Assembly: GCA_002773855.1 (NCBI GenBank)
Contig: PEZY01000005.1
Span: forward strand, 122,532-186,531
DNA from: Candidatus Buchananbacteria bacterium CG10_big_fil_rev_8_21_14_0_10_33_19
Lineage (GTDB): Bacteria > Patescibacteriota > Patescibacteriia > 2-01-FULL-39-33
Direction of reading: 5' to 3'
Length of the DNA stretch: 64,000 bases
A model generated the notes under the pieces. That model worked only from the letters and a program-made list of their open reading frames with translations. It was not told the origin of the DNA and made no database searches. The translations under genes and the position numbers were made by a program. Numbering within the stretch: position 1 is the stretch's first letter; each line of letters begins with the position of its first letter. Below, piece by piece: positions 1-10,630 of this stretch.

Positions 1-151
1 AATATACATTATTGTTAGCACCCAAAGTTCCAATTCTAACATCAGAACCAATAGCTAACACCGCTTGAGCAGACACTACAAATACCAATATTAGCGACAG
101 AAATAATAACAATAAATTAATTTGTTTTTTTAGCATATGTTTTATATATAA

Positions 152-2524
152 TTATTGTAGATTAATTAAAGCCATTATTTGACCACTTGAACTATTTAAA
201 TCTTCCATCGCCTTGCCGATTACTGTGCCGATTTGTGGATTTGTTGCTTTCATGGCATAACCCAGAGTATTAGATGTTGTTAGTAAATCCCCTCTTTTAA
301 TAATACCGTTACTATTGTTTACCTTAATATGAACCACGCCAGTCATCGCAACAACCGCTTTATTTTTGGCTTCAATTCTACCCATAATCACAGACGGATT
401 ATCTGATACCACGCCAACTACTGCACTATCATAAGACTTATATGATGGTTTTACTGATTTATAACCCAAATTATAATCGCCTAATACCACCACAGTACCA
501 GTTTCTATATCCTCGCTAGTAGCAAATTCTTCGGCCAAATCAGCACCAGAAGTTACAGTAATACTCGCAACAGACCAATCACCAGTAACACCACCATTGC
601 CGGCAGTATCTAATGTTAATTTTGTATCTATACCTACATCGCCGCCAGCATTTGTACTAATTTTATATTTGTTACTATCACTAGAGTCAACACCAACATT
701 CCAAGATGTGCCAAAAGACACTTGTGAATCAGTGTTTTGCGCAATAACAACTCGGTCAGAGCCCTGCCAAAATCGTAAATTATTACCAGAATCACCACTA
801 TTATAAATACCCCAATGATCATTGGCGCCAGCACCAAACTGCAATTGTATTTCTGGATTTTCTGCTGTGTCAGTAATCCTAAGTCTAGTAGTTCCAGTAT
901 TATCATTAATTTCTAATGTTTGAGATGGAGCAGTTGTACCTATGCCTAAATTACCAGTCTTATCTAACCGCATATATTCAGTACCAACTGCTGTATTATT
1001 ATGGTATTTCCACACAAAACTTGATTGACCAGTATCACTTCTCAAAGCTCCCGATGACCAGCCATAATTATCATTAGTACTTGCGGCATATGTAATACCC
1101 ACAAAACCAGTATTATCCAATACATTAGCGGCTTGTAATCTAACATGTGGGGCAGTAAAAGCTGTGCTATAATCAGACATATTTTTATTTACTGCTATCT
1201 TTCCAAGTGGTGCAGAAGTACCAATACCCACATTTCCACCAGTATTTGCAATAACAACATTCCCATTAGACCCGCCAGAACCTAATCCGGAGTTTAAAAA
1301 TAAACTACCACCATTACCACTAGAGCCAGCATTAGCAGCAGCAATTGTTAAAGATTTACCATTGCCACTACCAATTAGACTTGCAACTGATATAGTCGCA
1401 TCTTTATCTAAAGGAAAAATTAAATTGCCATTAACAAGTGCGTTACCATTAATATTAAATTTTTGAGTGCCTAAAATAAAAGTATCGCCGACAGTAACAT
1501 TACCGGTATTAGAGCTATTAATGTTGTTACCACTAGCTACCCAATACCCGCCACCGCCACCAGCTTGAGAATCTACATATCCTTTAGTAGCCGCATCATC
1601 GATATTAATGGGATCAGCTAAATTATTAATTCTTTTGGAATTCATGTTAATACCATCATATACAGTTAAATTACCGCCCTCATCCATTTGAAAAATAAGG
1701 TCATTGGAACCATTTCTAACATTAAAAAAATTATCACCTGGATTTGAAGACTGATCATAATCCATACGTAAAGCAATATTACCATTACTATTTACATAAT
1801 TCGTTTGAACACTAAAAGAATTAAGTGAACTTGGTGTGTTTATATCTCCACCACTATTTATTTCTTGGTTTGTATAAATACTTCCACCAACATGCAATTT
1901 AAAATCGCTACCGGGAAGACCAGCCCAATTGCCAAAATATAAATCACTAACACCAGCTCCATCCATGCGAATAGCTTTACCTGGAGCCATATAAATGTCA
2001 TCTCCAAATACTCCTTTCCCAGTTATATTCATATAAGCTGATTGAGGTGAAGATGGACTAGCTAAAATGTAAGGGTTAGCTACACAGGCACACCCATTCC
2101 AAGTAGAGCCGCCAGCACAAGCTGTCGGTGTTAAACAAGTGCCAGTTGAAGAACAATAAGTATCTCCGGCTATTCGACAAGTTGTGGTACAATTGCCACA
2201 TTGATCGGTGGTAACTTTTTTAGTCACACAAGTTGGATTTTCACCACTATAAGCCGGGCCACAAGTATTACCACAAGTTACATTAGGTGCCGGACAACTC
2301 CAAGAACAAGTACCACAATTCAAAGTCCATTGAGGTACTCGATTGTCAGGAATACTGGTCGTACAAGTACCGCAATATTGCTCTCCCTCGCCACAGACTA
2401 AAGTACCATAAGTTGTAGGACAGTCGGCAAAAGTCGTGGCTTGCACCGATCTAGTGTAGCCAAACAAGCCAACCCCAAAAGCTATGATAAATAAAATTAA
2501 AATTAGTAGTTTTTGATTATGCAT
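152..2524 (-). CDS. Secreted Cys-rich / Gly-Asn-Ser-rich repeat protein (790 aa). N-terminal signal peptide, a C-rich block (CGTC...), a long G/N/S/T-rich beta-like repeat region, and a C-terminal ~130-aa globular domain that may be tail-fibre/intramolecular-chaperone-like (weak).
   Basis: Long ORF with hydrophobic N-terminus. Shares the motif HWGIY..G..LRFW.GSDRV with the next gene (paralogous family). Composition typical of surface/fibre proteins. Confidence 0.6.
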   Translation of the reverse strand: MHNQKLLILILFIIAFGVGLFGYTRSVQATTFADCPTTYGTLVCGEGEQYCGTCTTSIPDNRVPQWTLNCGTCSWSCPAPNVTCGNTCGPAYSGENPTCVTKKVTTDQCGNCTTTCRIAGDTYCSSTGTCLTPTACAGGSTWNGCACVANPYILASPSSPQSAYMNITGKGVFGDDIYMAPGKAIRMDGAGVSDLYFGNWAGLPGSDFKLHVGGSIYTNQEINSGGDINTPSSLNSFSVQTNYVNSNGNIALRMDYDQSSNPGDNFFNVRNGSNDLIFQMDEGGNLTVYDGINMNSKRINNLADPINIDDAATKGYVDSQAGGGGGYWVASGNNINSSNTGNVTVGDTFILGTQKFNINGNALVNGNLIFPLDKDATISVASLIGSGNGKSLTIAAANAGSSGNGGSLFLNSGLGSGGSNGNVVIANTGGNVGIGTSAPLGKIAVNKNMSDYSTAFTAPHVRLQAANVLDNTGFVGITYAASTNDNYGWSSGALRSDTGQSSFVWKYHNNTAVGTEYMRLDKTGNLGIGTTAPSQTLEINDNTGTTRLRITDTAENPEIQLQFGAGANDHWGIYNSGDSGNNLRFWQGSDRVVIAQNTDSQVSFGTSWNVGVDSSDSNKYKISTNAGGDVGIDTKLTLDTAGNGGVTGDWSVASITVTSGADLAEEFATSEDIETGTVVVLGDYNLGYKSVKPSYKSYDSAVVGVVSDNPSVIMGRIEAKNKAVVAMTGVVHIKVNNSNGIIKRGDLLTTSNTLGYAMKATNPQIGTVIGKAMEDLNSSSGQIMALINLQ

Positions 2525-2554
2525 AATATTATATTTATATAGTTTTAATTTTAT

Positions 2555-3685
2555 TTAAAAACAACAGGCTACTTGTCTAGGGGCATTGCATTGACTCAAC
2601 ATCACACTACCCCCTTTGTCATTGGCCAAATTAAAATTCCAAATCGATCCATAAGCCGTAGCACTGCCATCTGTCCAACCAACACAATCATTTATTAGAT
2701 ATGTATCTTTAAAGCCAGCAACTCCAGTACTAATCCAAGCATAACCACTGGTACCAGATAAATCACCAGGATTTCGAGCAATGACCAACATTTCATCAGC
2801 GCTACAATTATGACTACCAGAAAAACTTGTATTGCACGTAGAATTCATACCATTATAACCACCTCGAGCACCATTATAAGTACCAGGTGTTACTAAACCA
2901 GCAAAGGTGGTTATAACACTACTATCTAAACACTTACCATCATCAGTACAAAAATCCGCCGCCGTTACTACGCCACCACCAGAAAATTTTACGCGGTCAC
3001 TACCAGTATTCCAAAACCGCAAATCATTAGTCCCACCGCCATTTGGACCATCATGATAAATACCCCAATGAGTATTGACTCCGGGTACACTTTGAATATC
3101 AATTTCGGCGTTAGCGTTTTCATTATAAATATGTAAATCTTTATTTGGAGTGTCAGTTCCAATACCAACCTTGCCACTTTCATGAATTTTAAAAATAGGA
3201 TTATCAGCACTATCTCGCACATTAACATAAGAATATGGTACCACTGAATTTCTAGATATATATAACCCCTCAGCATTGCCGGTATTAATAGCCACTTTAG
3301 CAAATGACAAGGGCCACGTTGGCAAACCAGTAATCGCTGTGCCAACGCCAATATTACCAGCATTATAAAAGATGCCATGGATATCTTCTTGCCAGACTCC
3401 CAAAACATCAGACCAACTAGTTTGACAATCTGTGCCAGTAATACCAAAACATAATTTAGTAGTAGTCGCTACGCCGCCAATAGTTAACCCCCCAGATTTT
3501 ACCTGATTGATAGAACCAGTATTAAGTGGTGGGGCAACATTGCCGTCTGGTGGCGCTAGAGTTGGTTCTTGCCAAGCGGCTAAAACAAAATTAAGGCTCA
3601 CTAAAAATGCCACAAAAAGCACGGCAGAAAATACAAAGCCGGTTACAAACGAATAAAGTTTTACTGTTTTTTTATCACCTTCCAT
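2555..3685 (-). CDS. Membrane-anchored/secreted paralogue of the preceding gene (376 aa). N-terminal TM helix, HWGIYHDG...LRFWNTGSDRV motif, Cys-rich C-terminus ending CCF.
   Basis: ORF with N-terminal hydrophobic helix. Shares motif with the 152..2524 product. Tandem arrangement with 30-nt spacing. Confidence 0.6.
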   Translation of the reverse strand: MEGDKKTVKLYSFVTGFVFSAVLFVAFLVSLNFVLAAWQEPTLAPPDGNVAPPLNTGSINQVKSGGLTIGGVATTTKLCFGITGTDCQTSWSDVLGVWQEDIHGIFYNAGNIGVGTAITGLPTWPLSFAKVAINTGNAEGLYISRNSVVPYSYVNVRDSADNPIFKIHESGKVGIGTDTPNKDLHIYNENANAEIDIQSVPGVNTHWGIYHDGPNGGGTNDLRFWNTGSDRVKFSGGGVVTAADFCTDDGKCLDSSVITTFAGLVTPGTYNGARGGYNGMNSTCNTSFSGSHNCSADEMLVIARNPGDLSGTSGYAWISTGVAGFKDTYLINDCVGWTDGSATAYGSIWNFNLANDKGGSVMLSQCNAPRQVACCF

Positions 3686-3843
3686 GGAGTAAAAGTCTTG
3701 ATTGACTTATCAACAGTTATATTATACAATTTTATTATACAATAAAATCACAAAAATCAGAAGTAAACTTTATTTATTATAACATAAAATTAACTTCAAA
3801 ACAAAATAAACAAAATTAATTAACAACTAAATTCACAAACACT

Positions 3844-4401
3844 ATGGAAAATATTATCTGGATTATCGTAGGTGTAGTTGCCTTAACAATTTTTTGGCTA
3901 ATTGCAATCTACAACGGACTAATCACCTTAAAAAACCGCACCGATGAAGCCTGGTCTGATATCGATGTCCAACTAAAAAGACGTTATGACTTAATTCCTA
4001 ATTTAATCGAAACTGTTAAGGGTTATACTAGTCACGAACAAGAAACCTTAAACCAAGTAATCGCAGCCAGAAATAGCGCCATGAGCCAATCTGGTGGCAT
4101 CGAAGAAAAAGCTCAGGCGGAAAATGCTCTATCCTCTACTCTTAAATCTATTTTTGCTTTAGCTGAAAGCTACCCAGATTTAAAAGCCAATCAGAATTTT
4201 TTAAAACTTCAAGACGAGCTAGCCGATACCGAAAACAAAATCCAAGCTGCTCGCCGATTTTATAATGGCAATGCTCGTGACTTTAATATTAAAATGGAAG
4301 TCTTTCCAAACAATTTAATTGTTAAAGTCTTAAAATTTAAAAAGTTTGATTTTTTTGAAGCTAATGACGAAGAAAAGAAAAACATTGAAGTAAAATTCTA
4401 A
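3844..4401 (+). CDS. LemA family protein
   Basis: 185 aa. N-terminal TM followed by the conserved LemA region (GLITLKNRTDEAWSDIDVQLKRRYDLIPNLIETVKGY). Confidence 0.8.
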   Translation: MENIIWIIVGVVALTIFWLIAIYNGLITLKNRTDEAWSDIDVQLKRRYDLIPNLIETVKGYTSHEQETLNQVIAARNSAMSQSGGIEEKAQAENALSSTLKSIFALAESYPDLKANQNFLKLQDELADTENKIQAARRFYNGNARDFNIKMEVFPNNLIVKVLKFKKFDFFEANDEEKKNIEVKF

Positions 4402-4479
4402 ATTTAATTAAGTAAGCTAATAATCAAACGGGCATTATCTGTCTTTAAAATTATTAGCTTATTTTAATAACCAACACCT

Positions 4480-5364
4480 ATGTATAATCAAATCGATTCC
4501 AATAAAAGAAAAACCTGGGCTTTGATAATTATTTTTATCAGTTTAATTTCACTACTTGGTTATTTTGTCGGCTATATAAGTGAAGCTGGTAACAGTATTT
4601 TAATCATCGCTATTATTATTTCAATTGCTATGAGCTTGTTTGGTTATTTTTCTGGTGACAAGGTCGCCCTAGCCACCTCTGGTGCCAAAGAAATTACCGA
4701 AAATGATAACCCTTATGTTTATCGGATGGTGGAAAATCTTTGTATTACTGCTGGTATGCCTGTGCCAAAAGTTCATCTAATAAATGACGAAGCTATTAAT
4801 GCTTTTGCTACTGGTCGCGATCCTAAGCACGCTTCTATTGCTATTACCACTGGGGCGGTAGCCAAATTAGAAAATGAAGAGTTAGAAGGGGTTATTGCTC
4901 ATGAATTAGCTCACATTAAAAATTATGATATTAGACTAATGACAGTCGTTATTATTTTAGTTGGTATTATCGCCCTCTTATCTGATTTATTTTTACGAAT
5001 GACTTTCTTTGGTGGTGGTAAACGTGATAATGATCGTGGTGGTAATCCAGTTTTATTAATTATTGGCTTAGTTTTAATAATTCTCTCACCAATTATCGCT
5101 CAGTTAATAAAATTTGCTGTGTCCAGAAAACGTGAATATTTAGCTGATGCTTCTGGCTCACTTCTAACTCGTTACCCTGAAGGCTTAGCTAAAGCTTTAG
5201 AAAAAATAGAAAACGATCATACTATTTTAAAACGAGCTAATAACGCTACTGCTCATTTATACATTTCTAGTCCGTTTCGTGGCACCAAGAAATTCTTAGC
5301 CAACGCTTTCTCCACTCACCCACCACTTCAAGACCGTATTTCTAAATTAAGATCAATGAATTAA
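4480..5364 (+). CDS. htpX: Zinc metalloprotease HtpX (peptidase M48)
   Basis: HELAHIKNYD (HExxH) motif, multiple TM segments, typical HtpX length (294 aa). Confidence 0.85.
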   Translation: MYNQIDSNKRKTWALIIIFISLISLLGYFVGYISEAGNSILIIAIIISIAMSLFGYFSGDKVALATSGAKEITENDNPYVYRMVENLCITAGMPVPKVHLINDEAINAFATGRDPKHASIAITTGAVAKLENEELEGVIAHELAHIKNYDIRLMTVVIILVGIIALLSDLFLRMTFFGGGKRDNDRGGNPVLLIIGLVLIILSPIIAQLIKFAVSRKREYLADASGSLLTRYPEGLAKALEKIENDHTILKRANNATAHLYISSPFRGTKKFLANAFSTHPPLQDRISKLRSMN

Positions 5365-5367
5365 ACT

Positions 5368-7851
5368 ATGGAAGAAACTTTCGAAAAATTCTCTAACAAC
5401 TACAAAAAATCCCTCCAAGCTGCTGCTGAACTGGCGACTGATCTTCAACATGAGTCTGTTAATCCTTGGCATATCCTTTACGGTTTAATTTGTCAAAAAG
5501 GCAGTGTCGGCGCTGAACTCCTAAATTCTCTAGAATTAAATACTGATAACATTAAAGATACTATTATCAAATTATCACTAGGCGATTTTAAGTTAGAATT
5601 AAAAACCGCTCCGAAATTTTCTGAATCTGCCAAAAAAATAATTCAAAAGTCGGTTAAAATTGCCTATATTAACGATCATAAATATGTTGGTACCGAACAC
5701 TTACTAGCCGCTATTATAGAAGCTAGTGATGATAATATCGAAAAGCTACTTAGTATTCTAAAAATTTCTAAAGCCGAGATAACCTCTCAAGTTATTACGA
5801 TGTTAAAAAGTGCTTCCAAAATTCCAGACTTAACCGAAACTTTTAAAGTTACAGACAAAGATTTAGAATATGATGAATATGATGACTTGGAAAAGCGCCA
5901 ATCTATTTTGGATTTATTTGGCACCGAATTAACTGCTGCCAAAATCCAGAAAAAAATTGACCCCATTATTGGCCGAGACGAAGAACTTTTAAGAATTATT
6001 CACATCCTATCTCGACGTAATAAAAACAATCCAATTATCTTAGGCGAACCCGGTGTTGGTAAAACTGCTATTATCGAAGGTTTGGCCAAAAAAATTGTCG
6101 ACGGTGACGTGCCAGAAGCCTTACTAAACAAAAAAATTTACGCCCTAGATTTAACCTCGACCGTTTCTGGTACTATGTATCGCGGTGAATTTGAAGGTCG
6201 CATCAAACAAATAATTGACGAGGCTAGAAACCGGCCAGAAGTTATTTTATTTATTGATGAAATCCATAATATTGTTGGAACTGGTTCAGCCTCTGGCTCG
6301 ATGGATGCTGCTAATATTTTAAAACCGGCCCTCGCTCGTGGTGAGATCAGATGCATTGGAGCTACTACTTTTACTGATTACCGTAAAAGTATCGAAAACG
6401 ACCCAGCTCTGAATCGCCGATTTCAACCAGTAAAATTAGCCGAGCCCTCCGAACAACAAGCTAAAGAAATATTACACGGTATCAAAAACTATTTTGAAAA
6501 TTTTCACCGAGTCGAAATTAGCGACGAGGCTATTGATTACTCTGTGGAATTAAGTCAAAAATATATTACTGATAAATTTTTGCCAGACAAAGCTATTGAT
6601 TTAATCGATGAAGCGAGTGCGGCTATTAGAGTTAACAAAAAACCCACTAGAGTAGAGCAAAAAATCAAAAAACTTAAATCAGACATTATAGATCTAAAAA
6701 ATAAAAAGAACCAAGCCGTCATCAAAGAGGATTATGACTTGGCCATAAAATTAAAAGACCAGGCTCAAGAATTAGATGATGCATTAACTAAAATAGAAAA
6801 AAGCCTTGAAGCCCAAAAAAATAAAATGATTGGCACTATTTCTGGCCAAAATATCGCCAAAATAGTTTCTAAAGCCACTGGTATTCCCACCGAAGATTTG
6901 ATTTCATCAGAAAAAAGAAAAATCATGCGCCTGGATAATTCCCTGCAAAAGAAAATTATCGGCCAAAACACAGCTACCGCTCTGATTTCTGATTTTATCA
7001 AAAGAGCCAAAGCTGGCTTAACCCCAGACAATAAACCCTTGGCCTCATTTTTACTAGTCGGCCCCAGTGGTACCGGCAAAACTCACACTGCTAGAATTTT
7101 AGCCGAGGAATTATTTGGTGATCGTGATGCTTTGATTAAAATCGACATGTCCGAGTACAGTGAAAAATTTAATACTTCCAAATTAATTGGTGCTCCAGCT
7201 GGCTACGTGGGTTACAAAGAAAGTGGCCATTTAACCGAGAGAGTTAAGCATAAACCCTATTCTATTGTTTTATTTGATGAAATTGAAAAAGCCAATCCAG
7301 AAATATTTGATTTACTATTACAAGTTTTAGAAGACGGCTACCTTACAGATGCCGCTGGTACCAAAATAAATTTTCGCAACACTATTATTTTGATGACTTC
7401 CAATATTGGATCACATCATTTTAGCAAAAAAAACGAAACCATTGGTTTTGATTCTTCAATTATTAATTCAGTAACTAATGATATTAATAATAAAATCATT
7501 GATGATATCAAAGAATTCTTTAAAATAGAATTTATTAACAGATTAGATGAAATAACTTGCTTTTCACCACTATCAGAAAATGACTTAGAAAAAATAACCA
7601 AACTAGAACTTAATGATTTATCAACTAGATTAAACAAAAAAAATATTACCGCTGAATTTGATCAATCAGCTATTAAACTAATAGCCAAAGAAAGCAAACA
7701 AATAGATCAAGGCGCTAGAGGTATTAAAAAAGCCATTCAAAAATTAATAGAATCTAATATCTCCCAAAAAATATTAGAAGACAAAATAATTAGTGGCTCC
7801 AGAATAAAAATAAATACCGAAAAAGAAAAAATTGTTATCAAAATTAAATAA
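5368..7851 (+). CDS. clpC: ClpC/ClpB-type AAA+ chaperone ATPase (Clp N-domain repeats plus two AAA modules)
   Basis: GEPGVGKT and GPSGTGKT Walker A motifs in two AAA domains, Clp_N repeats at the N-terminus, 827 aa. Confidence 0.85.
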   Translation: MEETFEKFSNNYKKSLQAAAELATDLQHESVNPWHILYGLICQKGSVGAELLNSLELNTDNIKDTIIKLSLGDFKLELKTAPKFSESAKKIIQKSVKIAYINDHKYVGTEHLLAAIIEASDDNIEKLLSILKISKAEITSQVITMLKSASKIPDLTETFKVTDKDLEYDEYDDLEKRQSILDLFGTELTAAKIQKKIDPIIGRDEELLRIIHILSRRNKNNPIILGEPGVGKTAIIEGLAKKIVDGDVPEALLNKKIYALDLTSTVSGTMYRGEFEGRIKQIIDEARNRPEVILFIDEIHNIVGTGSASGSMDAANILKPALARGEIRCIGATTFTDYRKSIENDPALNRRFQPVKLAEPSEQQAKEILHGIKNYFENFHRVEISDEAIDYSVELSQKYITDKFLPDKAIDLIDEASAAIRVNKKPTRVEQKIKKLKSDIIDLKNKKNQAVIKEDYDLAIKLKDQAQELDDALTKIEKSLEAQKNKMIGTISGQNIAKIVSKATGIPTEDLISSEKRKIMRLDNSLQKKIIGQNTATALISDFIKRAKAGLTPDNKPLASFLLVGPSGTGKTHTARILAEELFGDRDALIKIDMSEYSEKFNTSKLIGAPAGYVGYKESGHLTERVKHKPYSIVLFDEIEKANPEIFDLLLQVLEDGYLTDAAGTKINFRNTIILMTSNIGSHHFSKKNETIGFDSSIINSVTNDINNKIIDDIKEFFKIEFINRLDEITCFSPLSENDLEKITKLELNDLSTRLNKKNITAEFDQSAIKLIAKESKQIDQGARGIKKAIQKLIESNISQKILEDKIISGSRIKINTEKEKIVIKIK

Positions 7852-7875
7852 TTTTGTCAGTAAATACAACATCTA

Positions 7876-7902
7876 AAAAACCCGCTTTGAGCGGGTTTTT
7901 TA
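7876..7902 (+). terminator. Rho-independent terminator after clpC (AAACCCGC-TTTGA-GCGGGTTTTTTATTT)
   Basis: GC-rich 8-bp stem followed by a T-run immediately after the clpC stop. Confidence 0.6.
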
Positions 7903-7957
7903 TTTACTATTTTTTATTTGGATTATTACCATAAAAAATGGTATAATAATTCTATAA

Positions 7958-8611
7958 TTGAAGATAAAAATGTCTGATAACTTAGCTCACAAATTAAATA
8001 GTTATAATTTTAATAACCAATCGTCAGTTACTAATGTAAAAGACAATTCTTTCAATTCTAATTCACCACAGCTAACCATAGATAGGTTAAAACATCAATC
8101 TAAAAATACCGACAAAACAGCCAATAACAATCAACCAAATAATAGTCCAGCCAGTCAATTAAACCAAGCTAAAAACATAGCTAGCAAAGCCTTGTCTGGC
8201 AATCTGACTGGATCAGCCACTGACAGCGTTGAGATGGGCACGCAAGTAGGCTCACAATGGCTACTCACTACTCTATGGGGTTCAGTTTGGGTAGATTGGA
8301 CATTACTATCACTACTAGGTTTAAATGTTTTTTTAGCTTTTTCACTGCTACTACCAAATTATGTTTGTCAGTTTGGTGACGATTATTTAATTGGTAAATG
8401 GCTACCGAGCAAAGATTTAGCCAAATGGACAGAAATTATTTTACTAATGATTATTAACGCTTTTATTTTGACTATTATTTTAATGCTAACATACCTTGTC
8501 TATAAATTTGCCACTTGTGGTACCTGGGATTTATTTAATTCATGGTTATCAGGTGCTCTACCAGGTGGTGACACAGCCTTGTCGGCAGTTCAAAAAAGAT
8601 GTTTTCAATAA
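7958..8611 (+). CDS. Hypothetical membrane protein (N/Q/S-rich N-terminal low-complexity region, three C-terminal TM helices)
   Basis: ORF with a hydrophobic C-terminal half and no recognisable domain. Confidence 0.45.
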   Translation: MKIKMSDNLAHKLNSYNFNNQSSVTNVKDNSFNSNSPQLTIDRLKHQSKNTDKTANNNQPNNSPASQLNQAKNIASKALSGNLTGSATDSVEMGTQVGSQWLLTTLWGSVWVDWTLLSLLGLNVFLAFSLLLPNYVCQFGDDYLIGKWLPSKDLAKWTEIILLMIINAFILTIILMLTYLVYKFATCGTWDLFNSWLSGALPGGDTALSAVQKRCFQ

Positions 8612-8637
8612 AAATAATAAATAAATAATTTATAATT

Positions 8638-9888
8638 ATGAATTTAGACTGGAAAAAATTAGGAATAATGGCTTTATTTTTAGGCGCAGTGGCTCTATTT
8701 GCTTTTTTTATTTACTATTTCTTTTTTAGACAATTCATAACCCCCTCAGAAACAGTAGTCACCAATACTAATCAAACCACCGGTCAATTACCGGTCACTA
8801 TTAACATCAATGGCCGAATCTATACTGTTAATTCTAATACTGGACTACCTGTTACTAACGATAATACTAACACTATAATTAACACCTCAACTAATAACCA
8901 ACCATCAGAAACAGCTAGCGGTGGTCTAACTACTGTCAATGAACTCACTAAAACTCCATCACTCTTTGCCATAGCTACCAAAAACGGCCAAGTTATTTAC
9001 TACAACCCGGCTGATGGCAAATTCTATACCTTATCAGCTGATGGCGATATCAAAGAATTTAGTGATGAAGTTTTTTTTAATGTAAGTGGAGCTATTTGGT
9101 CTCAAAATAGAGACAAAGCCATTTTAGAATATCCCGATGGTTCTAATATAATTTATGATTTTAAAACCAAAGAACAATTAACCCTACCACAGCACTGGTA
9201 TGATTTTACTTTCTCGCCTACCGACCAGCAAATTGCTTTTAAAAGTGGGGCCCTAGATCCAGAAAATAGATTTTTAGCAGTAGCTAAATTAGACGGCTCT
9301 CAACCAATTATTTTAGAAAATTTAAATGACCAAGGTGACAAATTTAATGTTAATTGGTCACCTAATCAACAGATGGTAGCCACCTTCACTCAAGGTAAAG
9401 ATTTAGATAAATCAGAAGTTTATTTTGTTGGCCTCAACAACGAAAATTTTAAATATATGCTAGTTGAAGGTCGTGATTTTAGAGGCCAGTGGTCACCGAC
9501 TGGTGACAAAATGGTTTATAGTGTTTATAGTTCTAATAATGATTTCAAACCTCAACTTTGGGTATCCGATGCTGGCGCTAATACTATTGGCAATAATCGT
9601 CACAGTATTGGTTTGGAAACTTGGGCTGACAAATGTACTTTTTCCAGTAACAGTAAACTTTACTGCGCTGTGCCTAATAGTTTACCAGTAGGGGCTGGTA
9701 TGAATTCTTTAGTTGCTAATAGTACCGCAGACAAACTATATGAAATTAATTTAGACACTGGTGCCAAAACCTTAATTGCCAATCCAGACGGCGATCACAC
9801 TATGTCTAATATAATAATCAACGAAAATCTTAATTATTTAATGTTTACTGATACTAACAATAATAAAATCTATAAAATTAATCTATAA
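8638..9888 (+). CDS. Membrane-anchored beta-propeller protein with PD40/TolB-like WSP repeats
   Basis: N-terminal TM. Repeated WSPNQQ / WSPTGDK motifs typical of PD40 blades. Confidence 0.5.
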   Translation: MNLDWKKLGIMALFLGAVALFAFFIYYFFFRQFITPSETVVTNTNQTTGQLPVTININGRIYTVNSNTGLPVTNDNTNTIINTSTNNQPSETASGGLTTVNELTKTPSLFAIATKNGQVIYYNPADGKFYTLSADGDIKEFSDEVFFNVSGAIWSQNRDKAILEYPDGSNIIYDFKTKEQLTLPQHWYDFTFSPTDQQIAFKSGALDPENRFLAVAKLDGSQPIILENLNDQGDKFNVNWSPNQQMVATFTQGKDLDKSEVYFVGLNNENFKYMLVEGRDFRGQWSPTGDKMVYSVYSSNNDFKPQLWVSDAGANTIGNNRHSIGLETWADKCTFSSNSKLYCAVPNSLPVGAGMNSLVANSTADKLYEINLDTGAKTLIANPDGDHTMSNIIINENLNYLMFTDTNNNKIYKINL

Positions 9889-9895
9889 TTTAAAT

Positions 9896-10630
9896 ATGAA
9901 GGCCAACAAAAAAACCAACCAAAGAAATTATTTAAAATTTATTCTTATAGCTATTGGAGTTTTTTTTATTACTCTACTATTATTGGCTATGTTTACTACC
10001 AAATCAGTAGCTACTGTCAATAATCCTCTGGCCAATATACTCAAAGACTTCGAAAACCAATCTACAATTGAATCTTCTAATTTATTAAGTTATGTAAGGC
10101 AAAATACTATCACCGAACCAACTATTAATAGTCACTCTCCTGTTTTAGGCAATACCGATGCTCCAGTTACAATATTTGAATTTTCCTGTTACGGTTGCCC
10201 AGCTAGTCGTGATATTCAACCTGTTTTAAAAAATATTTTAAATAAATACTCTGATCAAGTAAAAATTGTTTGGAAAGACCTGCCTATACCAGACCTCTAT
10301 CCTCAAGCTGAATTAGCTCATTTAGCTTCTAGATGTGCTGGGGATCAAGGTAAGTTCTGGGAATACCATAATTTACTATGGCAAAACCAAGATAACTTTT
10401 CGATTGATAATTTAAAAAGCATTGGTAAAAGTTTAAAACTTGATACCAATAAACTATCCAACTGTATAAATACCAAACAATTTCAAAATTTAATTGACCA
10501 AGATGTTAGTGAAGCCGCTGATTTGGCAATTTCTGGCACTCCACATTTTTATGTCAACAATCAAGAAATCTTTGGTGTGGCCACCCTAGAAGATTTCGAA
10601 ATAGTTATTAATGCCGAACTAAACAGATAA
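9896..10630 (+). CDS. DsbA-family thiol:disulfide oxidoreductase (thioredoxin fold)
   Basis: N-terminal TM anchor, CYGC CxxC active-site motif in thioredoxin-like context, 244 aa. Confidence 0.65.
   Translation: MKANKKTNQRNYLKFILIAIGVFFITLLLLAMFTTKSVATVNNPLANILKDFENQSTIESSNLLSYVRQNTITEPTINSHSPVLGNTDAPVTIFEFSCYGCPASRDIQPVLKNILNKYSDQVKIVWKDLPIPDLYPQAELAHLASRCAGDQGKFWEYHNLLWQNQDNFSIDNLKSIGKSLKLDTNKLSNCINTKQFQNLIDQDVSEAADLAISGTPHFYVNNQEIFGVATLEDFEIVINAELNR

Noticed and set aside
597-3447. Short ORFs 597..806(+), 634..906(-), 2201..2401(+), 2989..3447(-) nested within or antisense to the large secreted-protein genes
   Set aside because: Fully embedded in longer ORFs with recognisable protein features. 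Low-complexity translations.
6138-7637. Antisense ORFs 6138..6356, 6765..7079 and 7416..7637 inside clpC
   Set aside because: Embedded in a well-supported housekeeping gene on the opposite strand.
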